Source: Parasutterella excrementihominis
Lineage (GTDB): Bacteria; Bacillota_I; Bacilli_A; RFN20; CAG-826
DNA length: 64,000 nt
Assembly (NCBI GenBank): GCA_963614595.1
Contig: CAVECL010000004.1
Location: 2,268-66,267 of the forward strand
Direction: 5' to 3'
Shown: in pieces, positions 52,729 through 61,903 of the stretch
Position numbering within the stretch: position 1 is the stretch's first letter
How the letters are laid out: each line of letters starts with the position of its first letter
Translations under genes and position numbers: made by a program
The notes under the pieces: generated by a model
The model's database searches: none
Told to the model about the DNA's origin: nothing
Seen by the model: the letters and a program-made list of their open reading frames with translations, nothing else

Positions 52729-54264
52729 ATGAAAAAGTATAGTGGTTTGGAATATCTGCAACTCACGAAGCTTCAACGGTTTGGCTACAAATTTATTGCC
52801 TTTTTCTGCGCAATTCCCCTGTGGTTTAAGAATTTAGGCATAAAAATTTGGAAACAGCTCAAGCGATTTGGGCTGTTTGTCGCCCATGATGCCGTCGATC
52901 TCGTGCAGACTTTTATTAAAGGCGATTGGAAGACCCGCTTGTCTTATCTCATTATGGGATTTGGCTCCGCGACCCGAGGACAAGTATTAAGAGGGCTTCT
53001 GTTCTTCCTGTTTGAAGCTGTTTTTATTACGTATATGTGCTTGCCCCAAGGAGGCGGGTACTGGTTAAGCATGATGCCGTCTTTAGGCAAACTTGGCCCA
53101 TCGAGGGTGCTTGACGTTGATCTGGATGTTTATGTTTATCAGTACAACGACAACTCTTTCCGCATCCTGCTTTATTCCGTTTTGACGATTTTCTTCATCA
53201 TCGCTTTCATTTACACCTGGCGGCTCAACATCAAGCAAAATCGCATCGCTCAGGAAATCATCGCGAGCGGGAAGAAACTCAAAAGCGGGAAGCAAGACCT
53301 CCATTCGCTCATCGATGATCAATTCCATAAAACGCTTTTGGCCTTGCCCGTGACGGGAATCATCATTTTCACGGTTCTGCCGATTGTGTTTATGATCCTG
53401 GTTGCCTTCACCAACTATGACGGCACCCATAACGGCTACACGAATAACCTCTTCCATTGGGTCGGGCTTGATAACTTCAATACGCTTCTTAGTTGGAACA
53501 GCGGGAACAAGTCCTATAGCGCGGCCTTTGGCGAGATTCTCTCCTGGACGCTGATCTGGGCCTTCTTCGCGACCTTCTCGAACTACTTCCTCGGGATGAT
53601 CGTCGCGATGATGATCAACAAGAAAGGGATTCGCCTTAAGAAGGTTTGGCGAACGATTCTGGTTCTCACGATCGCAATCCCTCAGTTCATCTCCTTGCTC
53701 TACGTATCTAAGATGTTCGCCAATAACGGAATCGTGATCGCGAAGCTAAGAGAATGGTTCAACGTTCCCACATCGTTCAGCTTCTATGATGATCCCACTT
53801 GGGCCAGGGTCACCGTCATCTTCATCAATATATGGATCGGCATTCCATATCTTATGCTCATCGCGACGGGCATCTTGATGAATATCCCCGCAGATCTCTA
53901 CGAATCCGCGAAGATCGACGGGGCCAACGTCTGGCAACAGTATTTCAAGATCACCCTGCCTTATATGCTTTTCGTCACCGGTCCATACCTATTGACTTCT
54001 TTCATAGGCAACATGAACAATTTCAACGTCATCTACTTGCTGACGGGCGGCGGGCCGACAAACCCGAATGCCTCTGGCGCTTCTGGCTCGGTTGGCTATA
54101 CGGATTTGCTCATCACATGGCTTTTCAAAATCACGACCAGCACCAACTCGGAGTATTACATGGCTTCCGTTGTCGGCATCATGGTCTTCCTTGTTGCCGC
54201 CGTGCTTTCGCTTATCGTGTATAACCTCATGCCGTCTAACAAACACGAGGAGGACTACCAGTAA
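52729..54264 (+). CDS. MalF/GanP-type ABC permease
   Basis: 511 aa and about 8 TM segments. EAA loop ESAKIDGANVWQQYFKITLP. Confidence 0.85.
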   Translation: MKKYSGLEYLQLTKLQRFGYKFIAFFCAIPLWFKNLGIKIWKQLKRFGLFVAHDAVDLVQTFIKGDWKTRLSYLIMGFGSATRGQVLRGLLFFLFEAVFITYMCLPQGGGYWLSMMPSLGKLGPSRVLDVDLDVYVYQYNDNSFRILLYSVLTIFFIIAFIYTWRLNIKQNRIAQEIIASGKKLKSGKQDLHSLIDDQFHKTLLALPVTGIIIFTVLPIVFMILVAFTNYDGTHNGYTNNLFHWVGLDNFNTLLSWNSGNKSYSAAFGEILSWTLIWAFFATFSNYFLGMIVAMMINKKGIRLKKVWRTILVLTIAIPQFISLLYVSKMFANNGIVIAKLREWFNVPTSFSFYDDPTWARVTVIFINIWIGIPYLMLIATGILMNIPADLYESAKIDGANVWQQYFKITLPYMLFVTGPYLLTSFIGNMNNFNVIYLLTGGGPTNPNASGASGSVGYTDLLITWLFKITTSTNSEYYMASVVGIMVFLVAAVLSLIVYNLMPSNKHEEDYQ

Positions 54265-54266
54265 TT

Positions 54267-55184
54267 ATGCGCAAAACATATATAAGTAACGACGGTTCTT
54301 TGAAAACGACCGTCGAAAAGCGCCACATGGGGATGCACGCCAAAACGGTTCTCTCCAATGTTGGAATTTACATTATTCTCGTTTTGATGGCCGTGATTTG
54401 GCTGCTCCCTTTTGTCGGGATCTTGCTTGATAGCTTCGAATGCTCGACTACCTCGCCCCACGGCTGGATGTGGCCAAGACAGTGGGGGATCGACAATTAT
54501 GTGAAGCTATTCACCAATAGCGAGAACTTCCAATTCGTCCGCTGGTTCCTCAATACCTTCATCATGGCCTTAGTCACCGCGGTTATTCAGACGCTCATCG
54601 TCCTTTGCATGAGCTACACGCTCTCGCGTCTGCGCTTCAAAGGGCGCAAATTCCTCATGAACTTCATGCTCGTCCTTGGCATGTTCCCCGGCATGCTCAC
54701 CATGATCATCCTCTACCGTGTCCTCGCGGACATGGGATTGACTCAAGCCAACGCCGTTCCGGGGTTGATCCTCGTATACGTGGCTAGCTCAGGCATGGGC
54801 TATTACGTCTCCAAGGGATTCTTCGACACGTTGCCGAAAAGCCTGGATGAAGCGGCGAGAGTGGATGGGGCGACCAACGCGCAGGTCTTGTTCAAAATCA
54901 TCCTGCCTTTGTCTAAGCCCATCGTCATTTACACCTTGCTAACGGCTTTTATGGGACCTTGGGGCGACTTTGTGTTCGCCAAATACGTCGCCGCGGGCGA
55001 TCTCTCCGGCTTCAACGTGGCGGTTGGCCTTCAGAATCTCATCAGCACCAATTCCGGGCTTACCACGAACTATTCGGCCTTCTGCGCGGGCGGAGTCATC
55101 GTTGCCGTGCCGGTCGCTATCTTGTTCATCTGCTTGCAGAAATATTATGTCGAAGGTGTCACTGGTGGCGCCGTCAAAGGATAG
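54267..55184 (+). CDS. MalG/GanQ-type ABC permease
   Basis: EAA loop DEAARVDGATNAQVLFKIILP. The start is uncertain; an alternative ATG lies at 54327. Confidence 0.85.
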   Translation: MRKTYISNDGSLKTTVEKRHMGMHAKTVLSNVGIYIILVLMAVIWLLPFVGILLDSFECSTTSPHGWMWPRQWGIDNYVKLFTNSENFQFVRWFLNTFIMALVTAVIQTLIVLCMSYTLSRLRFKGRKFLMNFMLVLGMFPGMLTMIILYRVLADMGLTQANAVPGLILVYVASSGMGYYVSKGFFDTLPKSLDEAARVDGATNAQVLFKIILPLSKPIVIYTLLTAFMGPWGDFVFAKYVAAGDLSGFNVAVGLQNLISTNSGLTTNYSAFCAGGVIVAVPVAILFICLQKYYVEGVTGGAVKG

Positions 55185-55196
55185 GAGGAACTTACT

Positions 55197-56339
55197 ATGG
55201 CAGAAGTTAAACTTACAAACGTCAAAAAAATCTATCAAGGCGGCGTCGTTGCCGTCCATGATTTCAATCTCACGATCAAGGATAAGGAGTTCGTCGTTTT
55301 CGTCGGGCCTTCGGGCTGCGGCAAATCCACGACTCTCCGCATGATCGCGGGATTGGAGGAGATCAGCGAAGGAACCGTTGAAATCGACGGAGAAATCGTC
55401 AATGACCTCCAGCCGAAGGACCGTCATATCTCGATGGTCTTCCAAAACTATGCGCTTTATCCTCATCTCACCGTTTTTGAGAATATGGCCTTCCCCCTTC
55501 GCTTGCAGCGTCCGAGGATGAGCCAAGATGAGATTTATAAGCGCGTCACGAACGCCGCGGAGATCCTTGGCATCACCCCTTATCTCACCCGCAAGCCCAA
55601 AGCCCTCTCGGGCGGCCAGAGGCAGCGCGTCGCAATCGGCCGCGCGATGGTCAAGGATTGCAAGGTCTTCCTCATGGACGAGCCGCTTTCGAACCTCGAC
55701 GCGAAGCTTCGCAACCAGATGAGGGCCGAGATCATCCTTCTCCGCAAAAAGATCGAGACCACTTTCGTCTACGTCACCCATGACCAGACCGAGGCCATGA
55801 CCCTTGGCGATAGGATCGTCATCATGAAGGATGGCTTCATCCAACAAGTCGGCACGCCTCATGAAGTCTTCGATAAGCCGGTAAACCTCTTCGTCGCCGA
55901 ATTCATCGGCGCCCCGAAGATGAATACCTTCCCGGCTGTTCTGACCAAAGAGGGCAGTAAGTATTACGTCTCCGCTTTTGGCGGCAAGCTGCCGGTTGAT
56001 GGCGATAGGGTTGCTATCCTTGATGAGAAAGTGACTGTTCCGGAAGAAGGGCTCAACCTCACCCTCGGCGTCCGCCCCGAGCATATCGTTCTTGGAAAAG
56101 AAGGGGATCCTGCGTCGATTCACGTGACAATTCAAGTCAACGAGATGATGGGCAGCGAGCTTCATCTGCACGTGCTTACGGATGATGGCACCGCATTGGT
56201 AATCCGCGTTCCGACGATTCAGCTGAGCGAAGAAGAAAGAGACTCCATGGTGGCTGGCAAAGACTTCTACATCACCTTCGAAGGGAAGGTCATGCAGTTC
56301 TTCGATGCCGCAAACGGCTCTTCTCTCCTCTTCAACTAA
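55197..56339 (+). CDS. MsmX/MalK-type ABC ATPase (canonical length)
   Basis: Walker [31 protein letters not shown] and a TOBE-like C-terminus. AGGAGG RBS. Confidence 0.9.
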   Translation: MAEVKLTNVKKIYQGGVVAVHDFNLTIKDKEFVVFVGPSGCGKSTTLRMIAGLEEISEGTVEIDGEIVNDLQPKDRHISMVFQNYALYPHLTVFENMAFPLRLQRPRMSQDEIYKRVTNAAEILGITPYLTRKPKALSGGQRQRVAIGRAMVKDCKVFLMDEPLSNLDAKLRNQMRAEIILLRKKIETTFVYVTHDQTEAMTLGDRIVIMKDGFIQQVGTPHEVFDKPVNLFVAEFIGAPKMNTFPAVLTKEGSKYYVSAFGGKLPVDGDRVAILDEKVTVPEEGLNLTLGVRPEHIVLGKEGDPASIHVTIQVNEMMGSELHLHVLTDDGTALVIRVPTIQLSEEERDSMVAGKDFYITFEGKVMQFFDAANGSSLLFN

Positions 56340-56346
56340 AACCTAT

Positions 56347-56368
56347 GGGGCGCGGAAACGCGCCCCTT
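56347..56368 (+). terminator. GC-rich hairpin with GAAA tetraloop
   Basis: GGGGCGCG (56347-56354), GAAA, CGCGCCCC (56359-56366), then TT. The T-tail is short. Confidence 0.55.
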
Positions 56369-56425
56369 AACTCTTAAGATCTTGGCTTGCTCATCGTGAG
56401 AAGCCAAATTAGAAAGGATAACTCT

Positions 56426-58639
56426 ATGAAAAAGAAAATTGTGCTTGCCCTTTCCTTGTTGTCTCTTGGTTTAGCGGGATGCTCCGCAGACCAGGGCAAG
56501 AGCCAAAGTTCCGAGCTAACTAGCGATTACAATAGCGAGCGCACGAGCGAGGGTTCTTCAACGGGCGCTTCCGAAAAAGAAACCGTCTCTTCCAGCATTG
56601 ATGATCCCGATGATCAGATCTTCGACCGCAACGACGGCGAAGCTTTGGAAGTCAAAGACGTCACTAGCCCCTATGTCGTCGGCACAACCACAAATGCGGC
56701 AATCTACGATTACGATAGCGTCTACGCGAACAAGCCCACGAATGCCTTGGCGGATGATTTCGCCTGGGGCGTGGATTGCTCCTCGCTTTACGAAGTCGAA
56801 AAAGCGGGCGGCCGTTTCTATGGCGAAGACGGCAAGGAAGCAGACCTCTTCCAAATCCTGAAGGCAGGGGGAGCCAATTATGCGCGCTTCCGTCTTTGGG
56901 TGGACCCCTTTGACAAAGATGGCGTGAGCTATGGCGGAGGCACCAACGATATCTCCACGGACATCTATCTTGCCAAGCGCGCCGCATCGGCCGGGATGAA
57001 GATCCTTATCGATTTCCATTACAGCGATTCCTGGGCCGACCCCTCCAAGAAGTGGGCCCCGAAGGCGTGGATGACCCTTAAGGACGGGAAACCCACGATC
57101 AATGAGAAGACCCAATACAAAAGAGTGGGGGATTTCACTTCTCATGCCCTGAATGCTTTCAAGAACGCAGGGGTTAATGTCAGCGCGGTTCAAATCGGCA
57201 ACGAGACCAATAACGGCATGGCCGGATCTTCCAACGCCGCTTCTTGGTATTTCGCCGAGATGATCAAAGCGGGCGTCGATACCGCTAAATCCGTCTTCCC
57301 AGGCGTCAAAACCATCGTTCACCTAGCTAACGTCAATAACCCTAGCGGCGTTTACAAAGTCTATAACAACCTCGTCCGCTGGAAGGTTGACTGGGACGTC
57401 TGCGGATTAAGCTACTATCCCTATTGGCATGGCGGCAGAGACAACCTCCAAACCGTCATGGACTATTGCGCGAATACCTATGGCAAAGAAGTCATGATCG
57501 TCGAAACGGCCTGGGGGTATACGGATGAAGGGGCTAGCTTCTGCAACAATCAGTTCTCCTCCAAACTCAATGAAGCGGGAGGCTACCTCACTTCTTATCA
57601 GGCGCAGGCTTCGGAACTTGCCGAGCTTGCCGATTGCCTCTCGAAAGTCCCCGGTTCCAAAGGCACGGGCATCTTCTATTGGGAGCCCGCTTGGCTTCCG
57701 AAGGAGGGAAGCGGATGGATCAGCAAAACCGGCTATTACTACAACGACCACGGCTACGACTATAGCGAAGCGAGCGACCTAACCGGCTACAGCGATTCTT
57801 CCTGCTATTCGAGCTGGGCCAACCAAGCCTGGTTTGACTATTCCGGCAAAGCCCTTCCTTCTTATAAAGCCTATAAGCTCATCCAAGATGGCTCGAAAAC
57901 CAAGGATGAAGAGGATCTAGACGCCGTGAAAAACGCCTTCACCGCGACCTATAACCTCTCCGATGGCTCGGATTCAATCCCGACGAGCGGCCAAATCAAA
58001 ACGAACCTTGACCGCTTGAGAGTTGCCGATATCGCTTGGGACAGCGATGAGATGGAGGCCCTTAAAAAGGCGGAGCAAGGCCATTACACGATCCATGGCA
58101 AGCTCGAAGATTTCGATGTCACTTGCGACGTTACCGTTATTTATAACTACGTTCAGGACAATTCCTTCGAGAATCAAACCACCTCTTCCGGGAACGCGAA
58201 CGAATTCAAGGTCGGCTCTCCCTGGAGCTTGACCGCTTCTTCGAATGGCATTCGCGTCGAGACGAAGAGCGAGGGCAACCGCACCGGAACCCATTACTTC
58301 CATTGGTGGGCCTCTACCGCGTTTAGCTTCACCCTTTCCCAAACTCTTTCCAACATCCCCGCGGGAACCTACAACCTCAGCACCTATGTGCTTACCCATA
58401 TGGCCAATGAATATGGGGGATACACGAAAGCCAGCCTCTTCTACCAAATCGGAGCGGGGGACAAAGTGGAGGTTTCGATGCTCTCCAACTGCAAAGGATA
58501 TGGCTCCGGCCTTGTTGAATGGTCCATCCCCTCGATCGTCGTCTCTTCCTCTAGCGACGTCACCGTCGGCATGGAAGTCGAAGCGGGCGCCCAATCCTGG
58601 GGGCATAACGATGACTGGTCCTTCATCATGGCTAGCTGA
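56426..58639 (+). CDS. GH53 endo-beta-1,4-galactanase lipoprotein with C-terminal binding modules
   Basis: Lipobox LGLAGC. GH53 blocks RFRLWVDP, IDFHYSDSWADP, VQIGNE, GLSYYPYWHG and IVETAW. About 250 extra C-terminal residues look CBM-like. Confidence 0.85.
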   Translation: MKKKIVLALSLLSLGLAGCSADQGKSQSSELTSDYNSERTSEGSSTGASEKETVSSSIDDPDDQIFDRNDGEALEVKDVTSPYVVGTTTNAAIYDYDSVYANKPTNALADDFAWGVDCSSLYEVEKAGGRFYGEDGKEADLFQILKAGGANYARFRLWVDPFDKDGVSYGGGTNDISTDIYLAKRAASAGMKILIDFHYSDSWADPSKKWAPKAWMTLKDGKPTINEKTQYKRVGDFTSHALNAFKNAGVNVSAVQIGNETNNGMAGSSNAASWYFAEMIKAGVDTAKSVFPGVKTIVHLANVNNPSGVYKVYNNLVRWKVDWDVCGLSYYPYWHGGRDNLQTVMDYCANTYGKEVMIVETAWGYTDEGASFCNNQFSSKLNEAGGYLTSYQAQASELAELADCLSKVPGSKGTGIFYWEPAWLPKEGSGWISKTGYYYNDHGYDYSEASDLTGYSDSSCYSSWANQAWFDYSGKALPSYKAYKLIQDGSKTKDEEDLDAVKNAFTATYNLSDGSDSIPTSGQIKTNLDRLRVADIAWDSDEMEALKKAEQGHYTIHGKLEDFDVTCDVTVIYNYVQDNSFENQTTSSGNANEFKVGSPWSLTASSNGIRVETKSEGNRTGTHYFHWWASTAFSFTLSQTLSNIPAGTYNLSTYVLTHMANEYGGYTKASLFYQIGAGDKVEVSMLSNCKGYGSGLVEWSIPSIVVSSSSDVTVGMEVEAGAQSWGHNDDWSFIMAS

Positions 58640-58653
58640 TTAGGAATAAACAT

Positions 58654-60483
58654 ATGGAAAACAAATTCGTTCTAACGTTGATCGACAGGCCGGAGATGGC
58701 CCCGGAATATGCGCAGAAGACCACCCAAAGCGGCAAATCCGACGATTTGACTTCGACTGCGCTTCTTGATGAATCTCTTTCGATCTTCATCTTCCAACAG
58801 GATGAGGCCCATAAAAGAGGGCTCAAGACCACGATTGAGATGACTTATGCCTCGCTTTTCAGCGACCTCGTCGTCGAACTTGCCAAAAGAGACCACGAGA
58901 AGTATGGCGATGAAATCGCCTTGACTCTCCTTGGCCTCCCTTGCGAGCAGTTCTATGAAAAGTACAAGACCAAGGACTTCTGCATCTGGATGTTCTCCAA
59001 CGAAGACAAGGAAAGAATCGTCGACGACGTCTTCTCTCTTTTCTATGAGAAGTTCGGCTTCTACCCCGAATCCACGGGCTCCTATTACATGGATGCCTAT
59101 ACGATCAACTACATCAAGAAGAAATACCCGATGGTGAAATGCGCCGTCGCGACTTGCTGGGAGGAAGGGGTGAAGTGCTACCACACGACCAACAATTCTT
59201 GGTACACCTTCATCGACGGCGGGCCTTGGGCCCCTTGGATCCCTTCCAAGGTGAATAGCTGCCTACCCGCCGACAGCAAGGAAGACGACTCCGGAATCGT
59301 CGCCATTCCCCATCTTTCTCGCGACCTTATGGCTTGCTTCGACGGGAATGGCTCGAACTTCGGCACCCATCCGCAGAACGTTCTCCGCGGCATGATCTAC
59401 GAAGACAACGAGCTCCCTTATTTCTTCAACCTCGTCGATATGTACCGCGAGCAGGGCAAATACAATAGCGGCCATTCCTACAACATGATGTTCGTGGGAC
59501 CGGGCTGGCTGAACAAGGCGGGAAGATGGGAGCAGCCTTACGAATTGCTCCGCAAAAGCTACTGCGACGGACTTGATTACTACGCAAAGCTCAAGAAGGA
59601 AGGCAAGCTCGTGGATATGACCATGAGCGAATACGCGGACTATTACCGCAAAGAGCATCCTTCCTATATGGAGCCAGAAGTCGCCCTTTGGAAAGACGTG
59701 CTCTATGGCTCGGACAAACAGTATTTTTGGTATTACGACCCCTATATGAGAGCCTGCCTTGACTTCAACCAGGGCGGGGCGATGATTTGCCTCAATCCCT
59801 ACGTGGGCAAGCTTGATCTGCCCGTCGGCATTGGCACGGGGAACGCGTACAACTGCTCTTATCCTTATATCATCCAAGCCAATTACCGCGCGGGCTTCTT
59901 CACCCATTACGCGGGGCAAGGAACCCTCAAGAGCTGCGTCATTAAACGTCATAACGAAGAAGTGGACCTCGCCCTTGAAAGAACGCTTGCCACCTATTCG
60001 AAAGTCGGGGAAGACATCCTTCTCACGACGAACGACTTCGATGTCGTCTTCTCCGATCTGACCGTCAAGATGCGTTCGAAATACCTTTTCAAGAAAGGAA
60101 CGGGGGAGATCCTCACCACCAGAGAGATCCTCTCTTCGCTTGATGAGGAGGGCGTTGAGATCGAAGACTACTTGGTTGGATGCTATGGCATCGACGAATA
60201 TAGCGATGACATGACCGGCGTCATCCTTGAAGTCGAGGGAAACGGCAAAGAATCCATCGATTACGCCTACAAGATGAGGTGCATTGAAAGGAACGAAAGC
60301 CTGGCTAGAGCCATCATCCCGCAGGTCAACACGATCGTTGAGATGGGAAGCGATGACGAAGGCTATGCTGGCCGCATTGAGGAAGGCATCGCCTTCTCCC
60401 CGATGTTCCGCTTAAGCATCAAGAAAAGATTCACTAGCAAAGGAGAATTAAGCTCATGGCTCAAAGTAAAAAAGGTGCATTGA
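58654..60483 (+). CDS. 609-aa cytoplasmic protein of unknown family
   Basis: Coding-like composition, no signal peptide, and no motif I can assign. Flanked by two GH53 genes. Confidence 0.5.
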   Translation: MENKFVLTLIDRPEMAPEYAQKTTQSGKSDDLTSTALLDESLSIFIFQQDEAHKRGLKTTIEMTYASLFSDLVVELAKRDHEKYGDEIALTLLGLPCEQFYEKYKTKDFCIWMFSNEDKERIVDDVFSLFYEKFGFYPESTGSYYMDAYTINYIKKKYPMVKCAVATCWEEGVKCYHTTNNSWYTFIDGGPWAPWIPSKVNSCLPADSKEDDSGIVAIPHLSRDLMACFDGNGSNFGTHPQNVLRGMIYEDNELPYFFNLVDMYREQGKYNSGHSYNMMFVGPGWLNKAGRWEQPYELLRKSYCDGLDYYAKLKKEGKLVDMTMSEYADYYRKEHPSYMEPEVALWKDVLYGSDKQYFWYYDPYMRACLDFNQGGAMICLNPYVGKLDLPVGIGTGNAYNCSYPYIIQANYRAGFFTHYAGQGTLKSCVIKRHNEEVDLALERTLATYSKVGEDILLTTNDFDVVFSDLTVKMRSKYLFKKGTGEILTTREILSSLDEEGVEIEDYLVGCYGIDEYSDDMTGVILEVEGNGKESIDYAYKMRCIERNESLARAIIPQVNTIVEMGSDDEGYAGRIEEGIAFSPMFRLSIKKRFTSKGELSSWLKVKKVH

Positions 60484-60716
60484 ACTACCGCTGCCCGCAG
60501 TGTTTCATGCGCGACATCGACATCGACATGTTCTATGACGAAGAGAAGCACGAATACTATTGCATCCGCTGCTGCTTCCATGGAGACGAAGCGAAAGTCA
60601 AAGACTGGAACCAGATGATCAAACTTAAGTACGGGCACATCATGGACCGGGTCACCTCGTTCAACGAGGACAACGAGCCAATCACCTGGCATCCCTACAA
60701 AAAAGGAGAGCTTTGA
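60456..60716 (+). CDS. 86-aa Cys4 zinc-ribbon-like protein
   Basis: CPQC...(24 aa)...CIRCC motif. AGGAG lies 10 nt upstream. Overlaps the upstream gene by 28 nt and the downstream start by ATGA. Confidence 0.45.
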   Translation: MAQSKKGALNYRCPQCFMRDIDIDMFYDEEKHEYYCIRCCFHGDEAKVKDWNQMIKLKYGHIMDRVTSFNEDNEPITWHPYKKGEL

Positions 60717-61828
60717 TGTTTTTAGGTATCGATGCCTCGACCCAAATGGAGGTCGACGCGAAATCCCCTCATTATTATTATGCCGGCAAAGAAGTCGAGC
60801 CTTGGCAGTTCCTCTTTGACCATAACGGCGTGAAGAGCATGCGCCTCCGCCTTTGGGTGGATCCTTATGACGATGAAGGCCATCCTTATGGAGGGGGCAC
60901 AATTGACTTCTCGACTTGGATCAAACTCGCCAAAAGAGCCGCAAAAGTTGGTTATTCCATCCTTTTGGACATCCATTACAGCGATTTTTGGTGCGATCCG
61001 GGGAAGCAATTCATCCCGAAATCGTGGCGTGGCCTCAACGTGGATCAGCTTGCGGAGAAGGTCTATGAATATACGAGAACAACCTTGCTTGCGATTGCGA
61101 AAGAAGGCATTGAGGTTCCCTATATCCAAATCGGGAACGAGATCACCAACGGCATGCTTTGGCCGCTTGGCCAGCTCGGCCCAAGAGGAGAAGATGGGCT
61201 TCGTTCCAACTACGACAATCTCGCTCTCTTCTTAAGAAGCGGCATCAAAGCCGCGAGGGAAGTCGCCCCTGAATCCAAGCTCATCATCCATTTGGAAAAG
61301 AGCTATGACGTGGAGCTTCACGAAGAGTATTATCGCGAGATCATCAAACGCGGAGTTGACTTCGATATCGTCGGGCTTTCCTATTATCCCTATTGGCACG
61401 GCACTTTTCCGATGTTCTTTAAGAACGTCGACAATCTAAAAGATAAGTTCCATAAGCCAATTTGGATCGTCGAGACGGGTTATGGCTTCACCATGGAACC
61501 CTTCTTGATGAACGGGAACTATGGCGACAACCTGATCTCAGAGAAATTCTTCGAACAGGAAAACGTCTTCCATCCTTACCCTCTTAGCAAAGAAGGCCAA
61601 AAGGACTTCATCACGAACCTTCTGAAGCTTTCCGCTGAACATGGGGTCGAGGCCATCTATTACTGGGAGCCTTTCTGGCTTCCTTTGCCTGGGCTATGCT
61701 GGGCAACGGAAGAAGGGGAAGCCTTTACCGGGGAAACCGGAAAGCCCACGCATAATGAGTGGGCGAACCAGTGCCTCTTCGATTATGAAGGGAACGCGAC
61801 CCCTGGGTTAGACGCCTATAAACTTTGA
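60713..61828 (+). CDS. GH53 galactanase-like enzyme lacking a signal peptide
   Basis: GH53 blocks MRLRLWVDP, LDIHYSDFWCDP, IQIGNE, GLSYYPYWHG and WIVETGYG. Starts MFLGIDAS with no hydrophobic leader. Confidence 0.8.
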   Translation: MMFLGIDASTQMEVDAKSPHYYYAGKEVEPWQFLFDHNGVKSMRLRLWVDPYDDEGHPYGGGTIDFSTWIKLAKRAAKVGYSILLDIHYSDFWCDPGKQFIPKSWRGLNVDQLAEKVYEYTRTTLLAIAKEGIEVPYIQIGNEITNGMLWPLGQLGPRGEDGLRSNYDNLALFLRSGIKAAREVAPESKLIIHLEKSYDVELHEEYYREIIKRGVDFDIVGLSYYPYWHGTFPMFFKNVDNLKDKFHKPIWIVETGYGFTMEPFLMNGNYGDNLISEKFFEQENVFHPYPLSKEGQKDFITNLLKLSAEHGVEAIYYWEPFWLPLPGLCWATEEGEAFTGETGKPTHNEWANQCLFDYEGNATPGLDAYKL

Positions 61829-61840
61829 TTCATAAGGCTA

Positions 61841-61868
61841 AAAAGAGTGGGGAAACCCACTCTTTTTA
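61841..61868. terminator. bidirectional intrinsic terminator
   Basis: AGAGTGGG (61844-61851), GAAA, CCCACTCT (61856-63). Flanked by AAAA on the left and TTTT on the right. Confidence 0.75.
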
Positions 61869-61873
61869 AGCTG

Positions 61874-61900
61874 GTTTTGCGGGTTTTTTGATGCAAAACC
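61874..61900. terminator. second hairpin next to the stop of the minus-strand ATPase gene
   Basis: GGTTTTGC (61874-61881) / GCAAAACC (61893-61900) with a 11-nt loop. Confidence 0.45.
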
Positions 61901-61903
61901 TTC

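Noticed and set aside
54939-56171. 410-aa ORF on the minus strand
   Set aside because: It is antisense to the MalG-like and MsmX genes, which have unambiguous ABC motifs. It is a typical shadow ORF of a codon-biased gene.
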